This document shows, piece after piece, positions 9,670 to 19,264 of a DNA stretch of 64,000 nt. The stretch spans positions 64,155 to 128,154 of the forward strand of contig DJWO01000001.1 of assembly GCA_002441005.1 (NCBI GenBank), read 5' to 3'. The first letter of the stretch is position 1, and every line of letters starts with the position of its first letter. Source of the stretch: Candidatus Aminicenantes bacterium UBA6228 (GTDB lineage Bacteria; Acidobacteriota; Aminicenantia; Aminicenantales; Saccharicenantaceae). The notes beneath the pieces were generated by a model, which did no database searches, had not been told where the DNA came from, and saw only the letters and a program-made list of their open reading frames with translations. Made by a program: the position numbers and the translations under genes.

Positions 9670-10617
9670 TCAGGCGGGCTGCTTTTTATACCAGTCAACT
9701 GTTAGCCGCAAACCAGACTTGAAATCAATGCCCGGCTCAAAGGTCAGAAGTTTCCTGGCTTTATCGACACTGGCATAGGAATCTTTGATATCACCGGGAC
9801 GGGGCGGGGCATATTCAGGTTTTAAAGTCTGTCCCAGGCAGCTGGCAATTTCTGTCGCTAAAGAATTGATTGTCAGCCTCTCAGAAGAGCCAATATTAAA
9901 GGCTTCTCCCCGGAAATGTTCAGCCTGAGCAGCCAGCAGGTTGGCTTTGACCACGTTGCCGACGTAGATAAAATCACGGGTTTGCTGGCCATCGCCAAAA
10001 ATTGTGGGTGCCTGCCCTCCAAGCATCCGTTTGATAAAAACGGGAATAACGGCTGCATATTGGGAATCGGGGTCCTGGCGGGGCCCGAAAACATTAAAAT
10101 AACGGAGGCAAACGGCATTAAAATTATAGAGATAGCTGAAGACCTGGCAGTATTTCTCAGAGGCCAGCTTCTGGGCGGCATAAGGTGACAGAGGTTTGCC
10201 TTCACTCCCCTCCTTCTTAGGGAAAACTTCGTCATCTCCATAGACAGCTGAAGAGGAAGCTAAAACAAAGCTCTTAACTCCAGCTTTGACTCCAGCCTGA
10301 AGCAGATTCAGTGTTCCGGTTAGATTTATGTCATGAGCCAGAAAAGGCTCGGAGATTGACCTGGGGACAGAAGCTAAAGCCGCCTGATGTAAAATTACCT
10401 CCATCCCGGCCGCCGCTTCAAGGCAGAGGTCTTTGTTCCTGATATCTCCCCTGATTATTTCTATTTTTGAGCTCAATCCTGCCAGGTTTTCTTCTTTGCC
10501 GGATGAAAAATCATCAAGAACTCTGACCTGGTACTGGCGCCTGACCAATTCGTCAACTAAATGCGAGCCAATAAAACCAGCTCCCCCGGTGACCAAATAT
10601 TTTTTATATTCTGGCAT
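9670..10617 (-). CDS. NAD-dependent epimerase/dehydratase (UDP-sugar 4-epimerase-like, SDR extended family)
   Basis: 315 aa. N-terminal VTGGAGFIGSHL Rossmann motif. Catalytic S...YxxxK region (SPYAAQKLASEKY). Immediately downstream of cysC on the same strand. Confidence 0.75.
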   Translation of the reverse strand: MPEYKKYLVTGGAGFIGSHLVDELVRRQYQVRVLDDFSSGKEENLAGLSSKIEIIRGDIRNKDLCLEAAAGMEVILHQAALASVPRSISEPFLAHDINLTGTLNLLQAGVKAGVKSFVLASSSAVYGDDEVFPKKEGSEGKPLSPYAAQKLASEKYCQVFSYLYNFNAVCLRYFNVFGPRQDPDSQYAAVIPVFIKRMLGGQAPTIFGDGQQTRDFIYVGNVVKANLLAAQAEHFRGEAFNIGSSERLTINSLATEIASCLGQTLKPEYAPPRPGDIKDSYASVDKARKLLTFEPGIDFKSGLRLTVDWYKKQPA

Positions 10618-10633
10618 TTTTTATTCCTGAAAC

Positions 10634-11179
10634 TTATCTGTGCTCATCAAGATAACCCGCCTGGTGGAGATAAGCCAGGACTTTTCTGGCACTTTCTTCG
10701 AGTGTTTCCCGGTCAGTCTGGAGGACCAGTTCCGGTTGAAGCGGCTCTTCATAGGGATCGGAAATGCCGGTAAATTCCTTTATCTCGCCTTTGATGGCTT
10801 TTTGATACATGCCTTTGACATCGCGGGACATACAGACCTCCAGGGGGCATTTCACATAAACTTCAATAAAGTCGCCTATCTCCCGCCTGGCTTCTTCTCT
10901 TATCTCCCGGTAAGGAGAAATAAAGGAAGTCAGAACGGCCACTCCATTTCTGGTCAGAAGTTTAGCCACGAAAGTTACCCGTCTGATATTTTCATCGCGG
11001 TCGTGGCGGGAAAAGCCAAGATCCCGGCAAAGGCTCTGGCGAACAACATCTCCATCCAGGCGTTCAACTTTTAAACCATCTTCCCTTAGCAGACTGGCCA
11101 CCCGGTCAGCTATGGCTGACTTGCCCGAGCAGGGCAGTCCGGTAAACCACAGGGTAAAACCTTTTTGTTCCTGACACAT
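10634..11179 (-). CDS. cysC: Adenylyl-sulfate kinase (APS kinase)
   Basis: 181 aa. P-loop GLPCSGKS. Conserved LDGDVVR and FISPYREIR motifs. Confidence 0.9.
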   Translation of the reverse strand: MCQEQKGFTLWFTGLPCSGKSAIADRVASLLREDGLKVERLDGDVVRQSLCRDLGFSRHDRDENIRRVTFVAKLLTRNGVAVLTSFISPYREIREEARREIGDFIEVYVKCPLEVCMSRDVKGMYQKAIKGEIKEFTGISDPYEEPLQPELVLQTDRETLEESARKVLAYLHQAGYLDEHR

Positions 11180-11243
11180 GAAGCTACTCCTTTGTTGATC
11201 TTCTTGCTTTATTTTTTATCAATTTTTACCAGCCAGTTAATAA

Positions 11244-12626
11244 TCAGCTTATAGCCTGACCTTGGAGATCGGGCACTGCCGGCCCACCCAGCAATTTAAG
11301 GACCGTTGGCGCAATATCAATAATACTGGCTCCTTTCTTTCTTCCGCCGGGCGACGCAGGATCATAAAGAATGTATATTCCATTATAATCATGAACAGCG
11401 TCATCCGGCCCGGTATCATTTTCTTCAAGATAAAGACTACCATAGCCAAGTGTCCCGGCCGACCGCCAGTATAAATCATCAAAATAGACCATAAGATCAG
11501 GATAATCGCCATTAACCACTGGATAGTGCTCCTGAGGTTTGATGACCACCGTCTGCCATTCTTCTCCCCGTGGCCCTCGGATAGCTTTAAGGCGAGAGGC
11601 CAGCTCATCGCGCACTGTCTCATAATCTTCCGGTTTAATAATTCCCTGTGGCTCGCGCCCCTCAACATTTAAGAAGATGCGGGCATAATAACCGCCCCAG
11701 CCCCAGGCTCTGGTCCGCTTCCAGTCAATTTTAAGATTATCAACGCTCTGCCCCCGGGCTGGCGGCTCAGAAATCACCAGGTCACCCTGTTCAATTAGCC
11801 AGTCATTGACGCAAAAAGCCCCTTTCATCCCCTTGGCTCCATGGTCAGAGACCACCAGAACCGCTGTGTTTTGATCTATCTTCTTCAGGAGCTGCCCGAT
11901 TTTCTCATCGAGAAATTGATAATAATCATAAATAGCTGATTCAAAAGAATTTCCAGGCTTGTAGAGGTGATGATTTTTATCCATAAATTTCCAGAAGGCA
12001 TGGTGCATCCGGTCCACGCCGATTTCCACCAGCCAGAAAAGAGACCAATCCTGACGGTCAAGAAGATAATCAACCACTCGAAAATGATATTCGGTCATCT
12101 GGTAAATTTCTTTTAAAACCTCGGAGCGGTCTTCGGTCCGGAAAACAACGTCAAACAGGAAAGGACCAAAATGCTCTTCTATTTCCGCCTTCAGTTCTTC
12201 CGGATAGGTGTATGATTTTTCGCTGGAAGGCGTTATAAAGCAGGAAATCAGTTCACCCCTGACCGGCTTCGGGGGATAACTGGGCGGAACGCCGACCAGA
12301 ATGCTCTTTTTCCCCTGCTCGCCTAAATAATCCCAGACGGTTTTGGCTTTGACTGCGGTCGAGTTGGCAATCCACATTTTGTTGTACTCATAACTTTTTC
12401 TATGCCGGAAGCCATACAACCCGAGTTCGCCTGGATCCCGGCCGGTGGCCATAACCATCCAGGCCGGAATAGTAATCGGCGGATCACAGCTTCTGAGCGG
12501 CCCAGAGACGCCGTCAGTCATCAGCCGATTCAGATTGGGCAGCTTGTCTGCCCGGTCAAAGATTAAAGAGGGAGGAGCACAATCAAGACCAATAATCAGA
12601 AGTCTTTTGTCTTTCAATTCAGGCAC
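11244..12626 (-). CDS. Alkaline-phosphatase-superfamily nucleotide pyrophosphatase/phosphodiesterase (NPP/PF01663-like)
   Basis: 460 aa. NPP-type N-terminal core (IIGLDC..., PNLNRLMTDGVSG, candidate Thr nucleophile in PITIPAWMVMATGRDP). VVSDHG metal-ligand motif. No sulfatase C/S-x-P-x-R signature seen. Confidence 0.6.
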   Translation of the reverse strand: MPELKDKRLLIIGLDCAPPSLIFDRADKLPNLNRLMTDGVSGPLRSCDPPITIPAWMVMATGRDPGELGLYGFRHRKSYEYNKMWIANSTAVKAKTVWDYLGEQGKKSILVGVPPSYPPKPVRGELISCFITPSSEKSYTYPEELKAEIEEHFGPFLFDVVFRTEDRSEVLKEIYQMTEYHFRVVDYLLDRQDWSLFWLVEIGVDRMHHAFWKFMDKNHHLYKPGNSFESAIYDYYQFLDEKIGQLLKKIDQNTAVLVVSDHGAKGMKGAFCVNDWLIEQGDLVISEPPARGQSVDNLKIDWKRTRAWGWGGYYARIFLNVEGREPQGIIKPEDYETVRDELASRLKAIRGPRGEEWQTVVIKPQEHYPVVNGDYPDLMVYFDDLYWRSAGTLGYGSLYLEENDTGPDDAVHDYNGIYILYDPASPGGRKKGASIIDIAPTVLKLLGGPAVPDLQGQAIS

Positions 12627-12657
12627 CTTTCATTTCCTGACTGTCATTAATCACCGG

Positions 12658-13857
12658 TTATTCATTAAAAGGCTGTTTAAAAGATAAAATCACTCTGGCT
12701 ACTTCCGGCCGCATCAGTTCAGGCGGCGGTACTTCCCCTTTCACCAGCATTTCTCTGATTTTCGTCCCTGAGAATTCCAGATGTTCAGACCGGTCGTGGG
12801 GGCAGGTTTTTTCATTTTCTACCGACTGGCATTTCCGGCAGAAAAAGAAAGAGGTAAAGAAAAGAGGCACAATCCCCAGATCCGGAAACTGTTCAAAAAT
12901 TTCCTGCGCAGCATAAGGGGGGTAATAATTGCCGACGCCGGCATGATCCCGCCCGATAATGATATGGCTGCAGCCAAAATTTTTTCTGATGATGGCATGA
13001 TGAATAGCCTCACGCGGGCCGGCATAACGCATTTCCATCTTCAAGATAGCCATGACCGCCCGGTTCTTAAGGTAATAATGCTTGATAAGCTCATCATAGG
13101 CGGCCAGGATAACTTCATCTTTAAAGTCTCCCTTTTTTTTCCGGCCGATGACCGGATTGATGAACAGGCCGTCAGTAAAGGTCAAAGCGGTTTTTTGAAC
13201 ATATTCATGGCCAAGATGGGGGGTATTTCTGGTTTGAAAACCAACCACTGTCTGCCAGCCCTTCTCCCGGAAAAGAAGCCTGGTTTCCCGGGGCGAAAGA
13301 CGATAGCTATCGAAAGGTGTGGGCAGGAGATTAATCACATCCACTTTTCCGCCCAGGAGAATGTCCTTCATGGCTGACAATCTGGCTACCCCCGGATGCT
13401 TCAGGTCAGTCGTGCCGTAAATCTTCAAAGCAAATTCTTCTTTATCATAGGGATATTTGTCCTCAAGATAGAGAACAGCTACCGGTTGCCCTGCTTCTGA
13501 CCGCAAAGCCACCTTTTGTCCGATTTCTAACCGGTCAGCTGTTTCGCGGTCGGTATCAAGAACAATGGGAATAGTCCAGGGCAGGTCGTTAGCCAGCCTC
13601 ATCTCTTTGAGGACACTTTCAAAATCAGGCCTGGTCAAAAAACCTTCTAAGGGAGAATAGACACCGGTTGCCATGTTCTCCACATCTGAGATGAGATCGG
13701 GATCAAGGGTGAGAGAGGGCAACCGGTCAAGACTGCTCAGAGTCTTCTCCTTTTCACCTTCCTCCAGCAGGCGATTTGTTAGTTTTCCACCATGGGGATT
13801 AATCATCAATTTCTCCTTAAGGTTTAGCTTGGGGGCTGGAAGCCGCTGCTCAGTCAA
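12658..13857 (-). CDS. sat: Sulfate adenylyltransferase (ATP sulfurylase)
   Basis: 399 aa. Conserved QTRNTPHLGHEY and GRDHAG motifs. PUA-like N-domain. Confidence 0.9.
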   Translation of the reverse strand: MTEQRLPAPKLNLKEKLMINPHGGKLTNRLLEEGEKEKTLSSLDRLPSLTLDPDLISDVENMATGVYSPLEGFLTRPDFESVLKEMRLANDLPWTIPIVLDTDRETADRLEIGQKVALRSEAGQPVAVLYLEDKYPYDKEEFALKIYGTTDLKHPGVARLSAMKDILLGGKVDVINLLPTPFDSYRLSPRETRLLFREKGWQTVVGFQTRNTPHLGHEYVQKTALTFTDGLFINPVIGRKKKGDFKDEVILAAYDELIKHYYLKNRAVMAILKMEMRYAGPREAIHHAIIRKNFGCSHIIIGRDHAGVGNYYPPYAAQEIFEQFPDLGIVPLFFTSFFFCRKCQSVENEKTCPHDRSEHLEFSGTKIREMLVKGEVPPPELMRPEVARVILSFKQPFNE

Positions 13858-14065
13858 TATAGCCGAGAGCTTTTAGCCTTTCCTTGATTTTTTCCTCTTC
13901 CTCCGGGGTAAAAACCTCTTTGTTTTCTTCTTCCTTAGCCAGATTTTCCCTTAAAACTCTGGCCACATAACTTGAGACCGAGCTGATGTCTGTTCCCTTT
14001 ATTTTTTCTTCTATTTTTTTATAAAGAGAAGTTGGAATCGAAACTGAAGTGAACTCTTTTTCCAT
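13850..14065 (-). CDS. Ribbon-helix-helix (CopG/Arc/MetJ-type) DNA-binding protein
   Basis: 71 aa from ATG at 14065 (MEKEF...). Strong RBS aggagga 5 nt upstream on the minus strand. RHH pattern: beta strand TSVSIPTSL, then helices YKKIEEKI and SVSSYVARVLRENL. Overlaps the sat start by 8 nt, so probably co-transcribed. The longer ORF-track start at 14167 is probably spurious. Confidence 0.5.
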   Translation of the reverse strand: MEKEFTSVSIPTSLYKKIEEKIKGTDISSVSSYVARVLRENLAKEEENKEVFTPEEEEKIKERLKALGYID

Positions 14066-14254
14066 TTTTCCTCCTGAGGAAATTTTATATAACAGACTGA
14101 GCTTTTTTGCAACTGGATTCAGGCTCGAGGCCAGGCCGGGACCTGAGCCAGCCGGCTTTCTTGACAAAACCTGACAGGCGTGATTTAATTTTGGTTAGTT
14201 TGTTAGCTGTCTCTATGAGTAGAAAACAGGAAAGAGGAAAATTAGCCTTTTAAA

Positions 14255-15199
14255 ATGGAAAAAATTACCCGCCATTTTCTTCAGGGAGTTTCCTATTCAG
14301 GCAGCCTTGAGAAAAGCCTCAAACGCCTCGAAAGCCGGCTGGGCCTGAACCTGTCGCTGCGGGGTGATAAGCTGATTCTTGAAGGTTCGCCGGAAAAAGT
14401 CAAGCTGGCCAGAAAGTTCTTTGATAGGCTGCAGGAGCTCGAAGACAAAGGTTTTCATTTAAGAGAAGATGATTTTCAGATAGCTCTTGACTTCATGGAA
14501 GAAAATCACGGACAACTCGAAGATTATGCTCCAGCTGAGTCTCTCTGCCTTCAGCGGAAATCTGTTGCTCCCAAGAGCCTGAACCAGAAAGATTATATGG
14601 AAGCAATCAAAGACTATGACCTGGTCTTTGGCATTGGTCCAGCCGGTACCGGTAAAACTTATCTGGCCATGGCTTTAGCCCTGTCCTATTTGCAGAGCAA
14701 GCAGGTTAACCGCATCATCCTGACCAGGCCGGCGGTTGAAGCCGGGGAAAAGCTTGGCTTTTTGCCTGGTGATATGTTTCAAAAAGTTAATCCTTACCTG
14801 AGGCCGCTATATGATGCCTTATTTGATCTGACCTCCTATGAACAGGCCAACCGTCTGATCGAAAAAGGCGTTATTGAGATTGCCCCTTTAGCTTATATGA
14901 GAGGGCGCACCTTGAACAATGCTTTTGTCATTCTGGACGAAGCTCAAAATACCAGCCGCGAACAGATGAAAATGATTCTGACCAGGCTGGGGTTTGATTC
15001 CAAACTGGTGGTAACAGCTGATATCACCCAGATCGATCTGCCTCAGCCCAGGAAATCGGGTGTGCTGCAAGCCATTAAAGTCCTGTCTTCGATTAAGGAG
15101 ATTGCTTTCGTTTACTTTACCGAGAAAGATGTGGTCCGTCACCCCTTAGTGGCCAGGATCATCAAGGCCTATGCCAGGTCAGAAGCTCAATCACTTTAA
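14255..15199 (+). CDS. ybeZ: PhoH-family ATPase
   Basis: 314 aa. Walker A GPAGTGKTYLA. PhoH signature region. First gene of the conserved phoH-HD-ybeY-corC-era block. Confidence 0.85.
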   Translation: MEKITRHFLQGVSYSGSLEKSLKRLESRLGLNLSLRGDKLILEGSPEKVKLARKFFDRLQELEDKGFHLREDDFQIALDFMEENHGQLEDYAPAESLCLQRKSVAPKSLNQKDYMEAIKDYDLVFGIGPAGTGKTYLAMALALSYLQSKQVNRIILTRPAVEAGEKLGFLPGDMFQKVNPYLRPLYDALFDLTSYEQANRLIEKGVIEIAPLAYMRGRTLNNAFVILDEAQNTSREQMKMILTRLGFDSKLVVTADITQIDLPQPRKSGVLQAIKVLSSIKEIAFVYFTEKDVVRHPLVARIIKAYARSEAQSL

Positions 15200-15211
15200 T
15201 TATAAAATCAG

Positions 15212-17605
15212 ATGAAAATTATTCAGTTTCGCCAGTTCCGCCTGTTTAAGAGCGATGAAATTATACCTTTCCGGAAAAAGACTCCACCTGGCCTCAAAGA
15301 AAAACTTTCCTGGCTTAAAAAGACCGTCTCCAGCCCATTTTTTTATATAGCTATTTTTTCCCTTTTGCTGTCCTTTGTCATTTCTTTTTTCCCGGCCAGG
15401 CCTTTGCCTTTACCCGGGGTCGGGGAAATTGCCGCTAAGGATATTACCTCTCCGCTTGAACTTACTATTGAGGATGTGCAGGCCACTGAAAAAAGAAGAA
15501 GTCAGGCTGAAGGTTTAGTCCCGCCTGTTTATTTTTACAATCAGAGAATTATCTCCAGTGTCCAGGAAAAAATAAGGCAGATGTTTGCCCTCGGGCGGGC
15601 AGCAGCCGCCGGTCAGGCGCCCGGCACCGTTCAGAATTTACAGGCATCCCTGTCAGAAAACCTGGCTATTGACCTTGACCAGCAGGCGCTTGATCAGCTG
15701 CTCAAGTTAAAGTTCCCGGTTGAGCTGGAAAATCTTTCCACGCAGATCATGGCTTCTATCCTGAACCAGGAGATTGTCCTGTCACGTGAATTGATGAACC
15801 ACGGCGAGTTAGAAACCGGACTCCTGGTTATTAAAGGCCAGGAAGAAAGATTGTTAAAAGCGGGAGAGATTATTGATCTGAAAGAAGCCAGACAGCAACT
15901 CCTGTCTGAAATTGAAGCCCTGGAATTGCCGGCCCGAACCAAGCTTATTCTTCAATCCTGGCTGCCGGCCTTTCTCTCCCCGACTATCAGTTATGATCAG
16001 ACCGAAACTGAAGCCAGAAAACTCAAAATTAGAAATTCAGTTGAACCTGTCTTTTATACTATCAAAAAAGGCAAGGTCATTATCAGAAAAGGCGATGAGG
16101 TAACCTCAGAAAGCCTCAAGCAAATTATGCTGATTAATCAGGAAATCAGCCAGCGGCCTAACTGGCTGTTTAATTTCTCTGGCCTGGCTATTTTATACTT
16201 TATCTTTTTCTATTTTATCTGGCTGGTCATCCAGACAGCCTCAAGAGCTGAAAAAAAACTATCCATCTTAGTCATGATGGGCTTGACCCTTTTTCTGAGT
16301 TTTCTGGCCACCAAAGCCAGTCTTTTCCTGGCTGAAGCCTTAAGCACTTCGGCAGCCCTTGTTACCCTGGAAAAAGAAGCCCTGGTCTTTGCTTACCCGC
16401 TGCAATTTGGTGCCTTTCTCATTACCCTGGCCGCTTCAGCCGAGACAGCTGTCGTCTATTGTGTTATTAATAGCCTGCTTACCGGTTATCTGCTTAACGG
16501 CGATTATTTCTTAATTATCTTCATTCTTCTGGGCGGAGTCTCCATTATTTATGGCCTCAAGTACTTTTTCCCGCAGAGCCGCAGTTCTGTCTTAAAAACC
16601 GGGTTGATGATCCTGGCTCCTTTCCAGATCATCCTGGTCTTAATCTTCCATCTGATCAAACAGAGCTTTGAGAATCTTTCCTTTTTAGGCACAGAAATAG
16701 TAAGCGCCCTTGTTGGCGGATTACTCAGCGCCGCTATTGCTTATGTTCTAATGCCGGTCTTTGAAAGTATTTTTGGCTTTCTAACGCCCTCCAAGCTGTT
16801 TGAACTCAGCAATTCCGACCTGCCCATTTTCCGCCGTTTAGCTCTGGAGGCTCCAGGCACTTATCATCATTCTCTGATTGTAGCTACTCTGGCTGAAAAG
16901 GCAGCGGAAATCATCAAAGCAGATTCAGTTCTGGTCAGAGCTGGCGGGCTTTACCATGATCTCGGCAAACTGAAACGGCCTGAATACTTCAGCGAAAATC
17001 AGACTCCTGGTTATGATATTCACCGCGAGCTGACTCCGTCGCTCAGCACCCTGGTCATCATCAATCATGTCCGGGACGGAGTGGAAATGGCCAGGAAACT
17101 CAGATTGCCCAGGAGGATTATTGATCTTATTGCCCAGCACCACGGGACCTCAGTTGTCCGCTATTTCTTTCATAAAGCCAAAGAAAAATATGATCCTGAG
17201 CTGCATAAAATCGAGGCCGAGGATTTCCGTTATCCAGGCCCTCTGCCCAAAAGCAAAGAAGCCGGCCTGATCCTGCTGGCCGATTCGGTGGAGGCCGCGG
17301 CCAGAAGCCTTAAATCTCCAACCAGAGAAAACCTCAAGCGGGTCATTACCGAGATTTTCAATGCTCACCTTCAGGATGGCCAGCTGGATGAATGCGGTTT
17401 TTCTCTCAAGGATTTACACGCGATTGCCAATTCTTACCTGACTACTCTTTATGCTATTTATCATCCACGCCCAACCTACCCGGGCTTTGATTTCGAAAAA
17501 AAAGCTGAAAAAACCGATAAAGATAAAAAAGAAGAAGTGAAAAAAAACAATGGTCATAATAATAAACCAGCTGAAGAAAAGACCGCTACCTCGAAAAAGA
17601 ATTAA
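15212..17605 (+). CDS. 7TM-receptor-linked HD-family phosphohydrolase (YqfF/7TM-HD family)
   Basis: 797 aa. Extracytoplasmic N-domain, then 7 TM helices (aa ~320-520). HD domain (HHSLIVATL...HDLGK...QHHG). K/E-rich low-complexity C-terminal tail of about 40 aa. Confidence 0.8.
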   Translation: MKIIQFRQFRLFKSDEIIPFRKKTPPGLKEKLSWLKKTVSSPFFYIAIFSLLLSFVISFFPARPLPLPGVGEIAAKDITSPLELTIEDVQATEKRRSQAEGLVPPVYFYNQRIISSVQEKIRQMFALGRAAAAGQAPGTVQNLQASLSENLAIDLDQQALDQLLKLKFPVELENLSTQIMASILNQEIVLSRELMNHGELETGLLVIKGQEERLLKAGEIIDLKEARQQLLSEIEALELPARTKLILQSWLPAFLSPTISYDQTETEARKLKIRNSVEPVFYTIKKGKVIIRKGDEVTSESLKQIMLINQEISQRPNWLFNFSGLAILYFIFFYFIWLVIQTASRAEKKLSILVMMGLTLFLSFLATKASLFLAEALSTSAALVTLEKEALVFAYPLQFGAFLITLAASAETAVVYCVINSLLTGYLLNGDYFLIIFILLGGVSIIYGLKYFFPQSRSSVLKTGLMILAPFQIILVLIFHLIKQSFENLSFLGTEIVSALVGGLLSAAIAYVLMPVFESIFGFLTPSKLFELSNSDLPIFRRLALEAPGTYHHSLIVATLAEKAAEIIKADSVLVRAGGLYHDLGKLKRPEYFSENQTPGYDIHRELTPSLSTLVIINHVRDGVEMARKLRLPRRIIDLIAQHHGTSVVRYFFHKAKEKYDPELHKIEAEDFRYPGPLPKSKEAGLILLADSVEAAARSLKSPTRENLKRVITEIFNAHLQDGQLDECGFSLKDLHAIANSYLTTLYAIYHPRPTYPGFDFEKKAEKTDKDKKEEVKKNNGHNNKPAEEKTATSKKN

Positions 17606-17999
17606 AGACCTGCTGGAGAGGTTAAGCCTGAAATATAAAAGGCAGCGGGCAGAGGTAGCCGTCAGTCTTGTGGGTCCGCAGACTATGCGCCAGCTTAACC
17701 GGAAATACCGGCATCAGGACAAGCCAACTGATGTGCTGAGCTTTACCATGAATGAACAGGGACCGGACGGCCAGTATTATTTAGGCGATATCATTATCTG
17801 TCCGCAAGTTGCCAGCCGTCAGGCCAAACAGCAGGGCCATTCACTCAGCCGCGAGCTGGAGATCCTGGCTATTCATGGTTATCTCCATCTGCTGGGCTTT
17901 GAACATGGGGCCGGTCTGGAAGAAGAAGATGAAAAGGTCAGGTTACAGCTGCTAAAAAATTATAAGCCAGAACCAGGCCAAAGGCGGGTGACCAGATGA
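17550..17999 (+). CDS. ybeY: rRNA maturation endoribonuclease YbeY
   Basis: 149 aa. DVLSF motif. Zinc-binding HGYLHLLGFEH. Overlaps the upstream HD gene by 56 nt in another frame, so the true start may be internal. Confidence 0.85.
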   Translation: MVIIINQLKKRPLPRKRIKDLLERLSLKYKRQRAEVAVSLVGPQTMRQLNRKYRHQDKPTDVLSFTMNEQGPDGQYYLGDIIICPQVASRQAKQQGHSLSRELEILAIHGYLHLLGFEHGAGLEEEDEKVRLQLLKNYKPEPGQRRVTR

Positions 18000-19258
18000 G
18001 ACCACCTCCTCTGGAACTGGCTGGCCTTCTGCTCAGCGCCTTGCTTTGTTTTCTTCTGTCTCTCTTTTACATTATTGTCTCCTATTACTCCCGCCTCGGT
18101 TTTTCCCGCCTGCTTGGCCAGGTCAAGACCGAAACCAAACAAAAGGTCCTTGATCATTACGATGAACTGAAAATCGCCGTTGATTATGCCCGGATGTTTT
18201 TCTTTCTGGCTTTTATAGTTTATGTTTATCTTCTCTGGCCAAAAGTTAGTCTCTGGCCCTTGTGGCTTTTTCTCGGTCTGGCCGCCGGTTATTTGATTCT
18301 TTTTGATTATTTGCCACGGCTGGCCTTCTATCTGGTAAAGGAACACGGCCTTGGTATTTTTTTGCCGGCCTTACGTGGTCTCATCTGGCTGCTGACTCCG
18401 GCCCTGATCCTGCCTCGCTTCTGGTTGAAAAAGGAAGAACTGAGGCAGGCGGCTGATCGTAGCCATGAAACTTCTGATCAAGAGATAGACACTTTCATTG
18501 ATGAAGCCACCGAGGAAGGCATCATTGAAAAAGATCAGAATGAACTCCTGCGAGGAGTGGTCGAATTCGGAGACCGGACTGTCCGGGAAATCATGACCCC
18601 CCGGACAAAAATTATAGCCATTGAGCGGGGAACAACCATCCGGGAGCTAAAAGAGCTGATCGTCCGGGAAAAATATTCCAGAATTCCTGTCTATAAAGAC
18701 CGTCTTGATAATATCGAAGGCATGGTCATAGCCAAGGATCTGCTGGAATATACTGACGGACAGCAGGCCGGTCGCCAGATTGATTTTCTGGTCAGGCAGG
18801 TGATGTTTGTACCGGAAACGATGCAGGTCAAAGACCTGCTCAAAGAATTTAAAAAGGTCAGGCAAAAAATAGCCATGGTCGTTGATGAATACGGCGGCGT
18901 AGCCGGCCTGGTAACAATGGAAGATCTTCTGGAGGAGATTGTCGGAGATATCCAGGATGAATATGATATTGAAGAACCACAGATTATCGTTGAGAAGCCT
19001 GACTCCTATCTCGTCGGGGGTGAAACTGAAATAGAAGACCTGGAAGAGATTTTGAAGGCAGATCTGGCTGAAGACAATTATCTGACAGTCAACGGCCTGC
19101 TCAATCAATGTCTGGGGCGGCTGCCCCGGCCGGGAGAAAAAGTGAAAATAGGCGAATTCAATTTTGAAGTCCTGGAAGTTAATGACAAGAGTATTAAAAG
19201 AGTCCGGCTGACCAGAAACCCCTCTGGGGCTCAAAACGGAACTGATCAGAAGGAGTAA
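17996..19258 (+). CDS. CNNM/CorC-HlyC family protein (DUF21 TM domain + tandem CBS + CorC_HlyC)
   Basis: 420 aa. Four N-terminal TM helices. CBS pair (IMTPRTKIIAI..., IEGMVIAKDLL). C-terminal transporter-associated domain. 4-nt overlap with ybeY. Confidence 0.85.
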   Translation: MRPPPLELAGLLLSALLCFLLSLFYIIVSYYSRLGFSRLLGQVKTETKQKVLDHYDELKIAVDYARMFFFLAFIVYVYLLWPKVSLWPLWLFLGLAAGYLILFDYLPRLAFYLVKEHGLGIFLPALRGLIWLLTPALILPRFWLKKEELRQAADRSHETSDQEIDTFIDEATEEGIIEKDQNELLRGVVEFGDRTVREIMTPRTKIIAIERGTTIRELKELIVREKYSRIPVYKDRLDNIEGMVIAKDLLEYTDGQQAGRQIDFLVRQVMFVPETMQVKDLLKEFKKVRQKIAMVVDEYGGVAGLVTMEDLLEEIVGDIQDEYDIEEPQIIVEKPDSYLVGGETEIEDLEEILKADLAEDNYLTVNGLLNQCLGRLPRPGEKVKIGEFNFEVLEVNDKSIKRVRLTRNPSGAQNGTDQKE

Positions 19259-19264
19259 GCAGGC

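Noticed and set aside
9640-9680. Palindrome CCTGGCCAGG between convergent hypE and epimerase genes as a bidirectional terminator
   Set aside because: It is a 10-nt perfect palindrome with no loop and no flanking T/A tracts. It is too weak to call a Rho-independent terminator.
12781-13377. 198-aa ORF antisense to sat
   Set aside because: It is a shadow ORF inside a highly conserved gene and has no recognisable domain.
18647-19234. 195-aa ORF antisense to the CBS/CorC gene
   Set aside because: Shadow ORF with no motif. The sense-strand gene is strongly supported.
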